From Octopus sinensis (lineage: Eukaryota), in assembly GCF_006345805.1 (NCBI RefSeq), contig NC_043004.1, positions 102,610,001 to 102,674,000 on the forward strand: a stretch of DNA of 64,000 bases, read 5' to 3'. Below, piece after piece: positions 48,461 to 62,342 of this stretch. The translations under genes were made by a program, and so were the position numbers. Position 1 is the stretch's first letter. Each line of letters begins with the position of its first letter. The notes under the pieces are model-generated. The model ran no database searches and was not told the origin of the DNA. It saw nothing but the letters and a program-made list of their open reading frames with translations.

Positions 48461-48782
48461 TTGGGATCTCTCAATGCGAAGAAGTAGCAACACGGCCAAG
48501 AGAAACTCCCTTAGCTCTGTAATATGCACCCTGGAGATACTCACTACAAGGAGCAACTAAATATAAATCTCTCAAATTATTATCCACCTATGTTCATTAA
48601 AAAGCTCGCGCGTGAGAGAGAGTGGAAAGGAGAGAACTGGGATGACATAGTTCTGGATCTATGATGCTTGAATAAAAGATGAAATGATTACTTCTGCAAC
48701 GTCAAAAATCATAATTCTGCTTGAACAAAATTAAACAATGAATAGATTAATAAAATGTGTTTAAATCTTCAGTATTCAAAAT

Positions 48783-51700
48783 ATGCGTACACATACGTAT
48801 GTGCGTACGTACGTACGTACATACATACATACATACATACGTCACTCCCTCCATACATCCATCCATCCATACATACATACATACATAAATAAATCCATCC
48901 ATGCATACAACAATCCATCCATCCATACATCCATCCATCCATACATACATACATCCATCCATCCATATATCCATACATCCATCCATACATACAAACATCA
49001 GTCCATCCATCCTTCCATCCATCCATCCATACATACATACATACATCCATCCATACATACATTCATCCATCCATCCATACATCCATCCATCCATCCATCC
49101 ATACATATATCCACCAGCCCAACCACCCATCCATCGATCCATTCATACATACTTACATACATACATAAATCCATCCACCCATCCACAGATCCGTACATAC
49201 AAAAATCCATACATACATCCATCCATCCATCCATCCATCCATACATACATACATACATACATGCATCCATCCACCCATCCATCCAACCATCCATTCATCC
49301 ATCCATTCATACATCCATCCATCCATTCATCCATCCATCCATCCATGCAAACATTCATCCATCCATCCATTCATCCATCCATCCATTCATCCATGCATCC
49401 ATCCATTCATCCATTGAACAATTCATACATCCATCCATTCATCCATCCATCCGTCCATTCATCCATCCATCCATTCATCCATCCATCCATCCATCCATTC
49501 ATCCATCCATCCATTCATCCATGCATCCATCCATTCATCCATTGAACAATTCATACATCCATCCATTCATCAATCCATCCATCCGTACATCCATCCATCC
49601 ATCCATACATACATACATACATCCACCCACCCATCGATCCATCCATTCATCAATCCATCCATCCATCAATCCATCCATCCGTCCATTCATTCATCTATCC
49701 ATTCATACGAAGATCCATTCATCCATCCAGCCATCCATCCATTCATCCATCCATCCATCCATCCATTCATCCATCCATCCATCCATACATACATACATCC
49801 ACCCATCCATCCAACCATTCATCAATCCATCCATCCATCGATCCGTCCATTCATCCATCCATCCATCTATCCATTCATCCATCCATCTATCAATCCATCC
49901 ATCCATCCATCCATCCATCTATCCATACATACATACATACATACATCCAACCATTCATCCATCAATCCATTCATCCATCAATCCATTCATCCATCCATCT
50001 ACCAATCCATCCATCCATCCATCCATTCATTCATCCATCCATTCATCCATACATACATACATACATACATATATCAATCCATACATACATCCAACCATTC
50101 ATCCATCAATCCATTCATACATCCATCCATTCATCCATCCATCCATCCATCCATCCATCAATACATACATACATACATCCAACCATTCATGCATTCATCC
50201 ATCCATTCATTAATCCATCCATCCATTCATCCATCCATCCATCCATTTATACATACATCCATTCATCCATGCATCCATTCATCCATCCATCCATTCATCC
50301 ATCGAACAATTCATACATCCATCCATTCATCAATCCATCCATCCATCCATCCATCCATCCATACATACATACATACATCCAACCATTCATCCATCCATCC
50401 GTCCATTCATCAATCCATCCATCCATCCATCCATCCATTTATACATCCATCCATTCAACCATCAAGCCATTTATACATACATCCATTCATCCATCCAACC
50501 ATCCATCCATCCTTCCATTCATTCATGCATCCATTCATACATCCATCCATTCATCAATCCATCCATCCATCCATCCATCCATACATACATACATACATCC
50601 ACCCACACATACATCCATTCATTCATTAATCCATCCATCCATCAATCCATCCATCCGTCCATTCATCCATCTATCCATTCATACATACATCCATTCTTCC
50701 ATCCATCCATCCATACATCCATACATACATACATAAATCCATTCATCCATCCATTCATTCATACATACATCCATTCATCCATCCATCCATTCATACATAC
50801 ATCCATTCATCCATCCATCCATCCATTCATCAATCCATCCATCCATCGATCCGTCCATTCATCCATCCATCTATTAATCCATCCATCCATCCATCCATCT
50901 ATCCATCCATCCATCTATCCAACCATTCATCCATCCTTCCATCCATTTATCCACCCATCAATCCATCCATCCATCCATACATACATACATACATCCACCC
51001 ATCCATTCATAAATCATTCCATTTATCCATTCAGTCATCCATCCATCCATCCATCCTTCAATCCATCCATCCAACCATCCATCCATCCATCCTTCAATTC
51101 ATCCATCCAACCATCCATTCATACATCCATCCATTCATTCATCCATCCATCCATTCATCCATCCATCCATCCGTCCATTCATCAATCCATCCATCCATCC
51201 ATCCATCCATCCATTTATACATCCATCCATTCAACTATCAAGCCATTTATACATACATCCATTCATCCATCCAACCATCCATCCATCCTTCCATTCATTC
51301 ATGCATCCATTCATACATCCATCCATTCATCAATCCATCCATCCATCCATCCATCCATCCATACATACATACATCCACCCACACATCCATCCATTCATTC
51401 ATTAATCCATCCATCCATCAATCCATCCATCCGTCCATTCATCCATCTATCCATTCATACATACATCCATTCTTCCATCCATCCATCCATACATCCATAC
51501 ATACATACATAAATCCATTCATCCATCCATTCATCAATCTATCCATCCATTCATCCATCCATCCATTCATACATACATCCATTCATCCATCCATTGATCA
51601 ATCCATCCATCCATCGATCCATCCATTCATCCATCCATCTATAAATCCATCCATTCATCCATCCATCTATCCATCCATCCATCTATCCAACCATTCATCC

Positions 51701-53294
51701 ATCCTTCCATCCATTTATCCACCCATCAATCCATCCATCCATCCATACATACATACATACATCCACCCATCCATTCATAAATCATTCCATTTATCCATTC
51801 AGTCATCCATCCATCCTTCAATCCATCCATCCAACCATCCATCCATCCATACATACATACATCCATTCATCCATCCATCCATACATACATATCTCTATCC
51901 ATCCATCCATACATACATACATCCATCCATCAATCCATCCATCCATACATAAATACATCCATCCACCCATCCATACCTACATACATACATACTTCCAAAC
52001 ATCTATCCATCCATCCATCCATACATACATACATACATCCATACATCCATCCCTACATACATACATACATACATACTTCCATCCATCTATACATACATAT
52101 ATACATACATCCATCCATCCATCTATCCATCCATACATGCATACATCCAAACATCCATCCATCCATCCATACATACATACACACATCCAAACATCCATCC
52201 ATCCATCCATCCATACATACATCCATACATCCATCCATCCATCCATCCATCCATACATACATACATACATCCATCCATCCATACGTACATACATATATAA
52301 ATACAAATATACATACATACGTACATCCATCAATCCATCTATCCATCCATCCTTCCATACATCCAACCATCCATCTATCCATCCATCCATCCATCCATAC
52401 ATACATAAATACATCCAAACATCCATCCATTCATCCATACATCCATGCATCCATACATACATACATACATGCATACATCCATTCATCCATCCATCCATAC
52501 ATCCATCAATCCTTCCATCCATACATACATCCATACATACATTCATCCATCCATCCATCTATCTATCCATCCATACATCCATCTATCCAACCATCCATCC
52601 TTCCATCCATCAATGCATACATACATACATACAACCATCCATCCATCCATCCATACATACATACATCCAAACATCCATCCATCCATACATACATACATCC
52701 ACACATCCATCCAGTCATCCATACATCCATCCATCCACTCCCCCAGACACACACATCCATCCATCCTCCCATCCATACATACATACATCCATCCATCCAT
52801 CCCTCCACCCCTCCATCCATCCATCCATCCATACATCCATCCATCCATCCACCCATCAATCCATCCACACATACACACATCCATCCATCCATCCATACAT
52901 CCATCCATCCATCCATCCATACATACATACATACATACATACATCCATACATACATACATCCATACATCCATCCAGCCATACATCCAGCCATCTAATCAT
53001 CCATCCATCTAACCATCCATCCATCTATACTTACATATATCCATCCATACATACATCCATCCATCCATACATACATACATACATACATACATACATACAT
53101 CCATCCTTCAATCAATTCACCCATCTATCCATACATAGATACTTACATACATACATACATACATACATACATCCATCCATCCATACACACATACATCAAT
53201 CCATCCATCCATCCATCCATACATACATAAATACATCCATCCACCCATCCATAGCTACATACATACATACATACTTCCAAACATCCATCCATCC

Positions 53295-53325
<31 letters not shown>

Positions 53326-54735
53326 CATACATACATACATACATACATCCATACATACATCCATCCATCCATCCATCCATCCGTACATACATACATACAT
53401 CCATCCATCTATCCATCCATACATGCATACATCCAAACATCCATCCATCCATCCATACATACATACATACATCCATCCATAAATATAAATATACATACAT
53501 ACGTTCATCCATCAATCCATCCATCCATCCATCTATCCATACATCTGTCCATCCATCCATCCAACCATCCATCTATCCATCCATCCCTACATACATGCAT
53601 CCATATATATATACATACATCCAAACATCCATCCATTCATCCATACATACATGCATACATCCATTCATCCATCCATCCATCCATGCATCTATCAATCCAT
53701 CCATCCATACATACATCCATTCATACATTCATCCATCCATCCATCTATCTATCCATCCATACATCATCTATCCAACTATCCATCCATCCATCCATCTATC
53801 CATACATACATACATACAACCATCCATCCATCCATCCATACATACATACATACATCCATACATCCCTCCATCCGTACATACATACATACATACATACATA
53901 CATACTTCCATCCATATATACATACATACATACATCCATCTATACATACATACCTACCTCCGTCCATACATACATACATACAACCAAGCATCCATCCATA
54001 CATATATCCAAACATCCATCCATCCATACATACATAGATCCAAACATCCATCCATTCATCCACCCATCCATCCACCCCCCACACACATCCATCCATCCAT
54101 CCATCCATCCATCCATCCATCCATCCATCCATCTATCCACCCATCAAACCATCCATCCATCCACCCATCAATCCATCCATCCATCCATCCATCCATCCAT
54201 CCATCCATACATACATACATACACATACACATCCATCCATACATACATACATACATACGTACATACATACATACACACATCTATCCATCCATCCATCCAT
54301 CCATCCATTCAGCCATCCATACATCCATACATACATGCATACATACACACATCCATCCATCCATATATACATACATACATACATACATACATCCATACAT
54401 CCATCTATCCATTCATACATACATCCATACATCATTCCATACATACATCCATCCATCAATCCATCCATCCATCCATCCATAGATACATACATACATCCAT
54501 CCATCCATACTTACATACATCTATACATACATACAACCATCCATCCATCCATCCATCCATCCATGCATACATACATACATCCATCCATCCATACATACAT
54601 ACATACATACATACATACATACATACATACATACATCTATCCATCCATCCATCCATACATACATACATAAATCCATCCCTCCTTACATACACACATACAT
54701 CCATCCCTCCATCCATCCATTCATTTATACATACA
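48783..54735. repeat. ~6 kb compound tetranucleotide satellite (CATC)n/(CATA)n/(CATT)n
   Basis: Continuous 4-bp periodic array, almost G-free on the + strand, with larger internal duplications. Confidence 0.98.
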
Positions 54736-55106
54736 ACATGCTTCTTCACAGTTATTGTCAGCCATATTCACTCACAAGGCATTGCTTGGTCCTGGGCAGC
54801 AGTAGTTGCCCAAGGTGCCATACAGTAGAAACGAACCTATAACCATGTGATTGCAGAGCAAGCTCCTTAACCATATCTATGAATTTGAAAATATCTATTT
54901 CGAACTTGAATTTGGTTTCGAGAATGGAATTCAATATATTTTCCACCATGCAGTTTTAATGGAAGAATCAAAAGAAACAACAACAAAACATGTAGTATAT
55001 ACCCAGGTAAGTCAAAAAATGTTGACAGAAAGAGAGAGGGGCAGTAACAGAGACAGACAAACAAAGAATTAGAAATACAATTATTAACTTTAGATGTAAC
55101 ACTGAA

Positions 55107-55505
55107 CAGGAGTGGCTGTGTGGTAAGTAGTTTGCTTACCAACCACATGGTTCCTGGTTCAGTCATGCTGTGTGGCATCTTGGGCAAGTGTCTTCTACTA
55201 TAGCTTCAGGCCGACCAAACCCTTGTGAGTGGATTTGGTATATGGAAACAGAAAGAAGCCCATCGTATATATGTATATACATATATATATATATGTATGT
55301 ATGTGTGTCTGTGCCCCCCCCCCCAACATTGCTTGACAACTGATGCTGGTGTGTTTAAATCCTCATAACTTAGCGGTTCAGCAAAAGGACCGATAGAATA
55401 AGTACTAGGCTTACAAAGAATAAGTCCTGGGGTCAATTTGCTCGACTAAAGGCGGTGCTCTAGCATGGCCACAGTCAAATGACTGAAACAAGTAAAAGTG
55501 TAAAA
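55107..55505 (+). mobile_element. SINE family A
   Basis: Full head-to-tail match to the family A consensus. Confidence 0.88.
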
Positions 55506-55795
55506 GAGTACAGCAGAACATTTTTTTTTGTTTTTGTATTAATAAGCCATGAATATAGCACAGCAGCGTCTTGTGTTGTACTAACGACATAGCAGCATTG
55601 TGACCAGTGTCTCTTGCTGTACAGGGCAGACAGAGCTTCAGTGATTCCTATCACATAGTATGGTGACATAAAAATCTACAAACAAGAGAACTGTCAAAGA
55701 TAAAAAGGAAGTCGGTTTGAATTGAACAGATTGTTTAAGAAATTGTGCCACATGTTTCAGATATTGATCTGCACCAAGTGATAACAACTTTGTGT

Positions 55796-55831
<36 letters not shown>

Positions 55832-55853
55832 TGCACTGATTGTACATATATTC

Positions 55854-55946
55854 TGGTGGTGGTGGTGGTGGTGGTGGTGGTGGTGGTGGTGGTGGTGGTG
55901 GTGTGGTGGTGGTGGTGGTGGTGGTGGTGGTGGTGGTGGTGGTGGT
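55854..55946 (+). repeat. (GGT)n trinucleotide tract, ~30 units with one register shift
   Basis: Direct inspection. Confidence 0.95.
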
Positions 55947-56498
55947 GAATATATTTCCAGTATTGATAGCACTTTAAAATCAATAAAGAATTCGTTGGCT
56001 TGCAGTACTGAATTGTATTCTACCAGCAATTATTTCCCTAATGCATAACTGGAACCTTCTCTATTGACCAAGGAGTCAATCCAAGCAGGACTTGAACTCA
56101 TAAAAAAAATCATTGCATTTGTTAACCTAGAAAAACATTTCAGAAACTCTGACACTCTGTAAGTGGGCAATGAGAAAGCTAGATGTGTGTGAAATACATG
56201 TGAGAGCTGCCATGGCTATGTAACAATGTGTTACAAGTTGGGTCAAAATAAATATCAAGGAATTTTAATGTTTTGTTAAGTATGTTTTCCAAAGGCTGTC
56301 ATCTTAACGTTCTTTATTACCAAGCTATCACTTGTTCCTCAACCTATTCACTCTAAAAGAGCAAGTGATATTTGTAGCTGCAATGTGAAATAAACTGGAA
56401 TTTTAGATTACTCCTACTTCTGTCAGCAAGGAAAAAAATATCCATATACAAAAGAAAAGATAGACTATGTGAAGAATTCATAAGAAGGGTGGGTTTAA

Positions 56499-57067
56499 CC
56501 CTCTTGCATTTAAACTGACCATATCCAGCCCAAATATTCTACTTATTTTATGCTTAAATTGGACATATGTGACCTCTCATATCCAGCCTACAATGTCATT
56601 AAAGAAATAAACAATGTCATCATCATAAATTGGAAGCTACAAGATATTGAGACCCCCTTCAGTCATGACTGACCGTGGGATTGCACCTAGAATGTTACCC
56701 TCCCAGGCTCAAGTCCGGGCAAGGTTGTTTATGGAAGACCAGTAGTCGCCCATGCATACCGGGCTCCCCTCTCCACACCACCAGTGTTATCCAAGGGAAA
56801 GCAAAGGGGTTGATACAGCTTGGCACCTGTGACATCGCAACTCATTTCTACAGCTGAGTGAACTGGAGCAACGTTAAATAAAGTGTCTTGCTCAAGAACA
56901 CAACGCGCAGCTCGGTCCGGGATTCGAACTCACAACCTCATGGTCGTAAGCTCGACGCTCTAACCACTGAGCCATGCACCTTCACTAACAAGATAATGCA
57001 TGATTAATCGAAAACAATATGAATAAATAAGCATTATATTTAACAGACTGGTCTGAATGCTAAAGGG
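56499..57067. mobile_element. piggyBac-type MITE interrupted by a SINE
   Basis: TTAA|CCCTCTTG ... CTAAAGGG|TTAA; homologous to 25759-25979 apart from the insert. Confidence 0.85.
56647..56987 (-). mobile_element. SINE family D with 8-bp target-site duplication ACAAGATA
   Basis: ACAAGATA at 56639-56646 and 56988-56995; the uninterrupted MITE has a single copy (gctacaagataatg). Confidence 0.88.
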
Positions 57068-57204
57068 TTAAACAGCAGTTATTATGGTTGGTGTTGTTAT
57101 TTTAACCCCATAACAACCCTGATTTAACAGATGTTTTTCTGTCAAAGTTATTCTAGTTGCAATCATCTCATCTTTCTTAGGCGTGCCTACATTATCTAAT
57201 AGTG

Positions 57205-57597
57205 AAGGTGCATGGCACAGTGATTAGAGCATCAGGCTCACAATCATGAGGTAGTGAGTTCGATTCTCAGACAGGGTTGTGTGTTGTGTTGTTGAATAAG
57301 ACACTTTATTTCACGTTGGTAGACGGAAACTGAAAGAAACTTGTCGTATATATGTATATATATAAGTATGTGTGTGCATATGTTTGTGTGTCTGTGTTTG
57401 TCCTCCCAACATCGCTTGACAACTGATGCTGGTGTGTTTACATTTCCAAAACTTAGCAGTTCAGCAAAAGATACCGATAGAATAACTACAAGGCTTACAA
57501 AGAATAAGTCCTGGTGTCTATTTGCTCGACTAAAGGCGGTGCTCCAGCAGGGCCACAGTCAAATTACAGAAACAAGTAAAATAGTAAAAGAGTAAAA
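57205..57597 (+). mobile_element. Chimeric SINE: family D head fused to family A body and tail
   Basis: D-type sequence to ...gacactttatttcacgttg, switching to gtagacggaaactgaaagaa (family A) at ~57317. Confidence 0.75.
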
Positions 57598-57620
57598 GAT
57601 ATATATATACACATAGACCT

Positions 57621-58215
57621 CCCCTGGAATTTGCATCACCAGTCTGGAACCCCTATCTTGCCCAGGATATCAATCGTCTGGAAGCCGTTCAGCGACGTGC
57701 AACCAAGAGAATACTCTCCATCAGGCATTTGCCATATCCTGAACGCCTTACTTCCCTGGGCATGGACACATTGAAACTCCGACGTCTGGCAGCTGACTTG
57801 GCAGACACCCATAAAATTATCAACCATCTTACAAACAATAACTCTGAGCACCTTTTCAAACTCCACCCATCTAACACCCGTGGACATATTTACAAAGTCA
57901 GAAAACAGCACAGTTCCCATGACTTTCGGAAACATTTTTTCACGCTAAGAGTTGCTGAAGCATGAAACAAACTGCCGGCATCAGTTGTTAGTTGTCAGAG
58001 CACTGCATCCTTCAAAACTTCCATGCTTTCTGAGATTTGCCAACACTACACCTGATTTTCTCCCCTCCATACACATGCAAGCATGTATCTGACTCATACA
58101 CTGTTCATTTTCCAGACATTTGTACATTATTGCATATACTTTATATGTACTTTCTGACAAGTTGTGGTGCACCTGAGCACTGTATACAATAATTTCATTA
58201 TTTTATATTATATTA
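57621..58215 (+). mobile_element. CR1-group LINE 3' fragment (longest in window), pseudogenised
   Basis: PLEFASPVWNPYLAQDINRLEAVQRRATKRI....YPERLTSLGMDTLKLRRLAADLADTHKII...RVAEA* with premature TGA at 57963, plus 3'UTR and tail. Confidence 0.92.
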
Positions 58216-59038
58216 TATTATATATATATATATATAAAACGGGCTTTTTTAAGTTTCTGTCTACCAAGACTCTTGCCCAAGGTGCCACACGGTAGGACTG
58301 AATCCAGAACCATGTGATTGGGAAGCAAGCTTCTCACTACACAGCCTCACTAGTAGTTGTTAATCAACCAGACTCAGAAAACCAAAGATCAAAGGTATTC
58401 CAGCCAAGACCATCACACACAGCAGATCGTTAATATTATCCAATGTGTAATTCTTGTCTGAAGATGGTAGGGTATAGTTCAAAGGAGATTTCACTGCTAC
58501 TCCCAGTAAATCAAATGACTACACAGGTACTTCCTAGGTTGACATGCACATGGACTGGTGACTGTGGTGTAAATGAATGATTACTGGTATGGGCGGTTGT
58601 TAGTGGTAATTATAGAGCAATGAAGTGTTTTGCAGTAGCTGTTATGTTTTGACAAGAGATCATGGGGCCTCGCAGATCAGAAGTGACAGGGACAAGCTGA
58701 AGGGGAAATGCAGAGGATGTCTTAATCTATCTAACTCATGCTAGCATTAAGAAATCAATGGTACATATGCTTCTGCCTTCCAATTTTCAGCCAGAAGCTA
58801 ATGGATTATGCATGCATGCACACACGCGTGCGCATGTATGCACGCACACACACACACTCTCACACGCGTGCGCACACACACACACACAATTCAGAAGCAT
58901 ATGTTACATCTTATTGAAATTGAAATTTCTGTAATGCCCTTTACAATATCATTAGCATTTCTCCTGTTATCTAATACTCAACAGCCTTAAATAATAACAA
59001 TGATAATAATAACAGTGGTAATAATAATAATAATAATG

Positions 59039-59078
<40 letters not shown>

Positions 59079-59636
59079 TGATGATGATGATGATGATGAT
59101 AATAATAATTTTTTTTTAAAGGTTGAAATTCTAATGTTAGTTTCTGAAGGTTAAGATTGGTTCAGAAAGGAACTGAAATGATTCTGTGTTATTTACAAGA
59201 TTAACCCACCGGATGGGTGTTTAGACTCTTCTTATTGTTCGTCTACACCCACTCCTAACCTACAACCATGAAGACGGACTGGTTATTGTGTGGTTAATGA
59301 ATAATTATTGTGCAGTTACATATGTAGCTATTATTTGATAAACATGACGCTATTGTACAGCTAATATGGAGATATTGTGCAGGTAATATGGAGTTATTGT
59401 GCAGCTAACATGAAGGGAGTCAAGGCAAAGTTGCAAACACCAAGAATCGATCTTTCCTCTTCCTTTTAGATTAAAATTTTAAAAAAATTTCTTAATTACA
59501 CAGCCATGCTAGAACCTAGGCAAGTTTGTGCCTCAAAGATTACTGAAGTAATGAATAAAGCTGGCAGGTAGAATGGCAGAAATGATAACTATGACAAATA
59601 TGAGGATGCTACACTATATATATATATATAAACATA

Positions 59637-60030
59637 AACTCAGATAAATATGTGACCATATTGCAGAAAGGATTCCTTCCAAACTTCTCCAGTGGTGAAA
59701 TGATTAAAGAAGGCTCTCTATTTATGGAAGATGGGATTCCTTGTCACACAGTTAAAATGACCCAAGATTTGTTGGAAAAGAATGGCATTAGAAAGCTTCC
59801 ATGGCCAAGCTAGTCACCAGATATGAAACCCTATAGAATACCTTTGGGGCATAATGGACAGGACATTTCATAAACAGAACAAGAAAGCATCTTCAAAGCC
59901 AGATCTTTTGAGATTATTGCATGGAACTTGGAAAGAAATTCCACAAGAGAATATTCACCATCTGATCAGTAACAATCCAAATAGGGCCCTTGCACTGAAA
60001 AATGCAAAGAGCATGTCAACTAAATATTGA
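59637..60030 (+). pseudogene. Tc1-family (DD34E) transposase C-terminal relic
   Basis: NSDKYVTILQKGFLP...FMEDGIPCHTVK...LPWPS*SPDM(fs)NPIEYLWG...WKEIPQENIHHLI..NPNRALALKNAKSMSTKY*. After removing one extra A the D-to-E spacing is 34; one in-frame stop. Confidence 0.9.
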
Positions 60031-60219
60031 ATGTTCACATTATAACAATTAATAAAATAATTTGAATGTATAATTTCACATTTAAATAAATTTTAATGAT
60101 TATAAGAGTGTGTATTTACTTCTTTCATGTCTGTGTATATGTGTGTGTGTGTGCATACGTATGTATGTATGTATGTATGTATGTATGTAGTATGTATGTA
60201 TGTATGTATGTATGTATAT

Positions 60220-60253
<34 letters not shown>

Positions 60254-60260
60254 ATATATA

Positions 60261-60296
<36 letters not shown>

Positions 60297-61017
60297 CGTA
60301 TGTATATATGCTCCAAATTTACAGAAAACAAAAGACGAAGACAAGTGTAGAACAACAAGCAGGTGTATTAGTTTGATGCTCGGCAAAAATGGAAGTATTT
60401 TACGTGTAAGTATGTGTGTGTGTGTGTGTGTGTGTGTGTTGGAACCTTTATGCGTTTCGTTTAATACTTTATCAACAAGCAGACGAAAATGGGTAAAATT
60501 TTGCCCATGAGTAAAGGGGTCGCCGACCCTGCTCTACATAGTTTTTTGATCTGCCAGAAACAGAAGTCAAATCTCCATCAAATCCTACCCTATTGCCTTA
60601 AAAAAAAACACACACACACACACACATTGGACAATGTATTCCTAAATATACATTACAAAAAAGGTGATTATATGGTCATCGCTATTTGTTCAATCAAAGT
60701 TAACCTGAAGTTAAACAATAATATTTCTAGAAGTCCTTCGACAAATCACGTTACACTGTTTCAGCTGGTAACTTTATAATTACTAAATAAAACTCTACGC
60801 AGGAGTTTTAGCTGACCCATGGAAGGCAGACGTTGGTTTTCCCCAACCAGTTTTCCACTCCATATCATATCAATTACTTCCATTGCATTGTCAGATTTCT
60901 TGAGTCTAATTATACTCTAAGAGTTACTTCCCCTGAAATGTCAATTGTCATCTTTTTAATGACGCGAAATCACAGAAGGAAAAGCTACGTTCATAACACT
61001 TTTCAGAGCTTCGATGA

Positions 61018-61141
61018 TAATCATGGCCAATCTTTTTCGAGAATCGGGCCGCATGAGACATGGTTCATTATTTGGCAGACTGCACCACTAAAAAATTTAA
61101 GCTAATTTTTCGTTTGGCGAGCCTCAGGTTGTCCATGACTG
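61018..61141. mobile_element. hAT-type MITE
   Basis: Terminal inverted repeats TAATCATGGCCAA / TTGTCCATGACTG; flanks TTCGATGA / ATCTATGA (6/8 match) as a degenerate 8-bp TSD. Confidence 0.6.
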
Positions 61142-61944
61142 ATCTATGACATGCAGAAGGAAGTTTTTCTTAGACTAGAATGTTGGCTATTTTGCTTGTC
61201 TCAGTATGGACTCTACTAAAGCCATACAAGGGTCAGTTGGTAGTGCTAGTCAGGGCAACACGTTCTGGTTAATAACGTCTATTAATTTCCTTTTATTCCT
61301 GCTTATAAACCTAGTTATCCTCCGTAAGTTAAAAACAGAATAAAACGTATCTTTCATAAATTCAAAGATACGATTTATAACAAAGTTTGGGTGCGAAAGG
61401 TGAATTAAATTATCTTAAAAGATGAATATGAGTGACAGGGAAAATTGTATTGATTAATCATATTTTCAGATCTATGATCACAGGCATTTACAAATTCCAG
61501 ACGTAACCCACGTTCTTTCAAAGCTGTGCCCTTGTGCACACTCATACGTTTTGCAACTAGCGCACAAAGAAAAAAATGTGCACACACACACAGGTTTAAT
61601 TATGACAGAAGATAAAGTAAAGGTGAGATTAATAATTAAGGTAAATATATTGAGATAGAATTAGTCATATATGCTTTGATGCAATCTTTACAACAAATAA
61701 CATGAAATCTTTTACAGAAAAATCAATATTTAGCAAACAAGATTTTTTGAAAGCTTTGGTTGACTGATGAGATTAATATCCCTGATGCCTAACCTGAACG
61801 TGTCTACCATAGAAACATGGGTCTTTAGGGAATTGGGGTATAATCTGAATGCTTGCACCTAAGGATTTGATAATGGTGGCATTAAACTATACATATTTTC
61901 ATGTGCGTATATTTACTTACACATGCAGAGAAGTACACATACTC

Positions 61945-62342
61945 TTTTACTCTCTCTTTTACTGGTTTCAGTCATTTGACTGCGGCCATGCTGGAGCACC
62001 GCCTTTAGTCGAGCAAATCGACCCTGGGACTTATTCTTTGTAAGCCCAGTACTTATTCTATCGGTCTCTTTTGCCGAACCGCTAAGTGAAGGGAACGTAA
62101 ACACACCAGCATCGGCTGTCAAGCAATGCTAGGGGGACAAACACAGACACACAAACACATACATATATATACATATATACGACAGGCTTCTTTCAGTTTC
62201 CGTCTACCAAATCCACTCACAAGGCATTGGTCGGCCTGGGGCTGTAGCAGAAGACACTTGCCCAAGATGCCACGCAGTGGGACTGAACCCGCAACCATGT
62301 GGTTGGTTAGCAAGCTACTTACCACACAGCCACTCCTGCGCC
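61945..62342 (-). mobile_element. SINE family A, young copy
   Basis: Reverse complement of 18923-19347. Confidence 0.9.

Noticed and set aside
48747-54828. Many long ORFs (up to 476 aa; His/Pro/Ser/Ile or Met/Asp/Gly/Trp repeats)
   Set aside because: They are translations of the CATC/CATA satellite, which lacks stop codons in most frames; no splice or codon evidence.
59207-59255. Hairpin GGATGGGTGTTTAGAC/GTCTACACCCACTCC
   Set aside because: Arms of ~16 nt with bulges are too short for a miRNA precursor.
59304-59415. Four degenerate ~22-bp units (tattgtgcagctaatatggag)
   Set aside because: Small, old tandem repeat with no further structure; recorded but not considered notable.
61760-61830. 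CTGATGAG...GAAACATGGGTC hammerhead-like string
   Set aside because: The intervening region cannot form stem II, and stems I and III do not pair.
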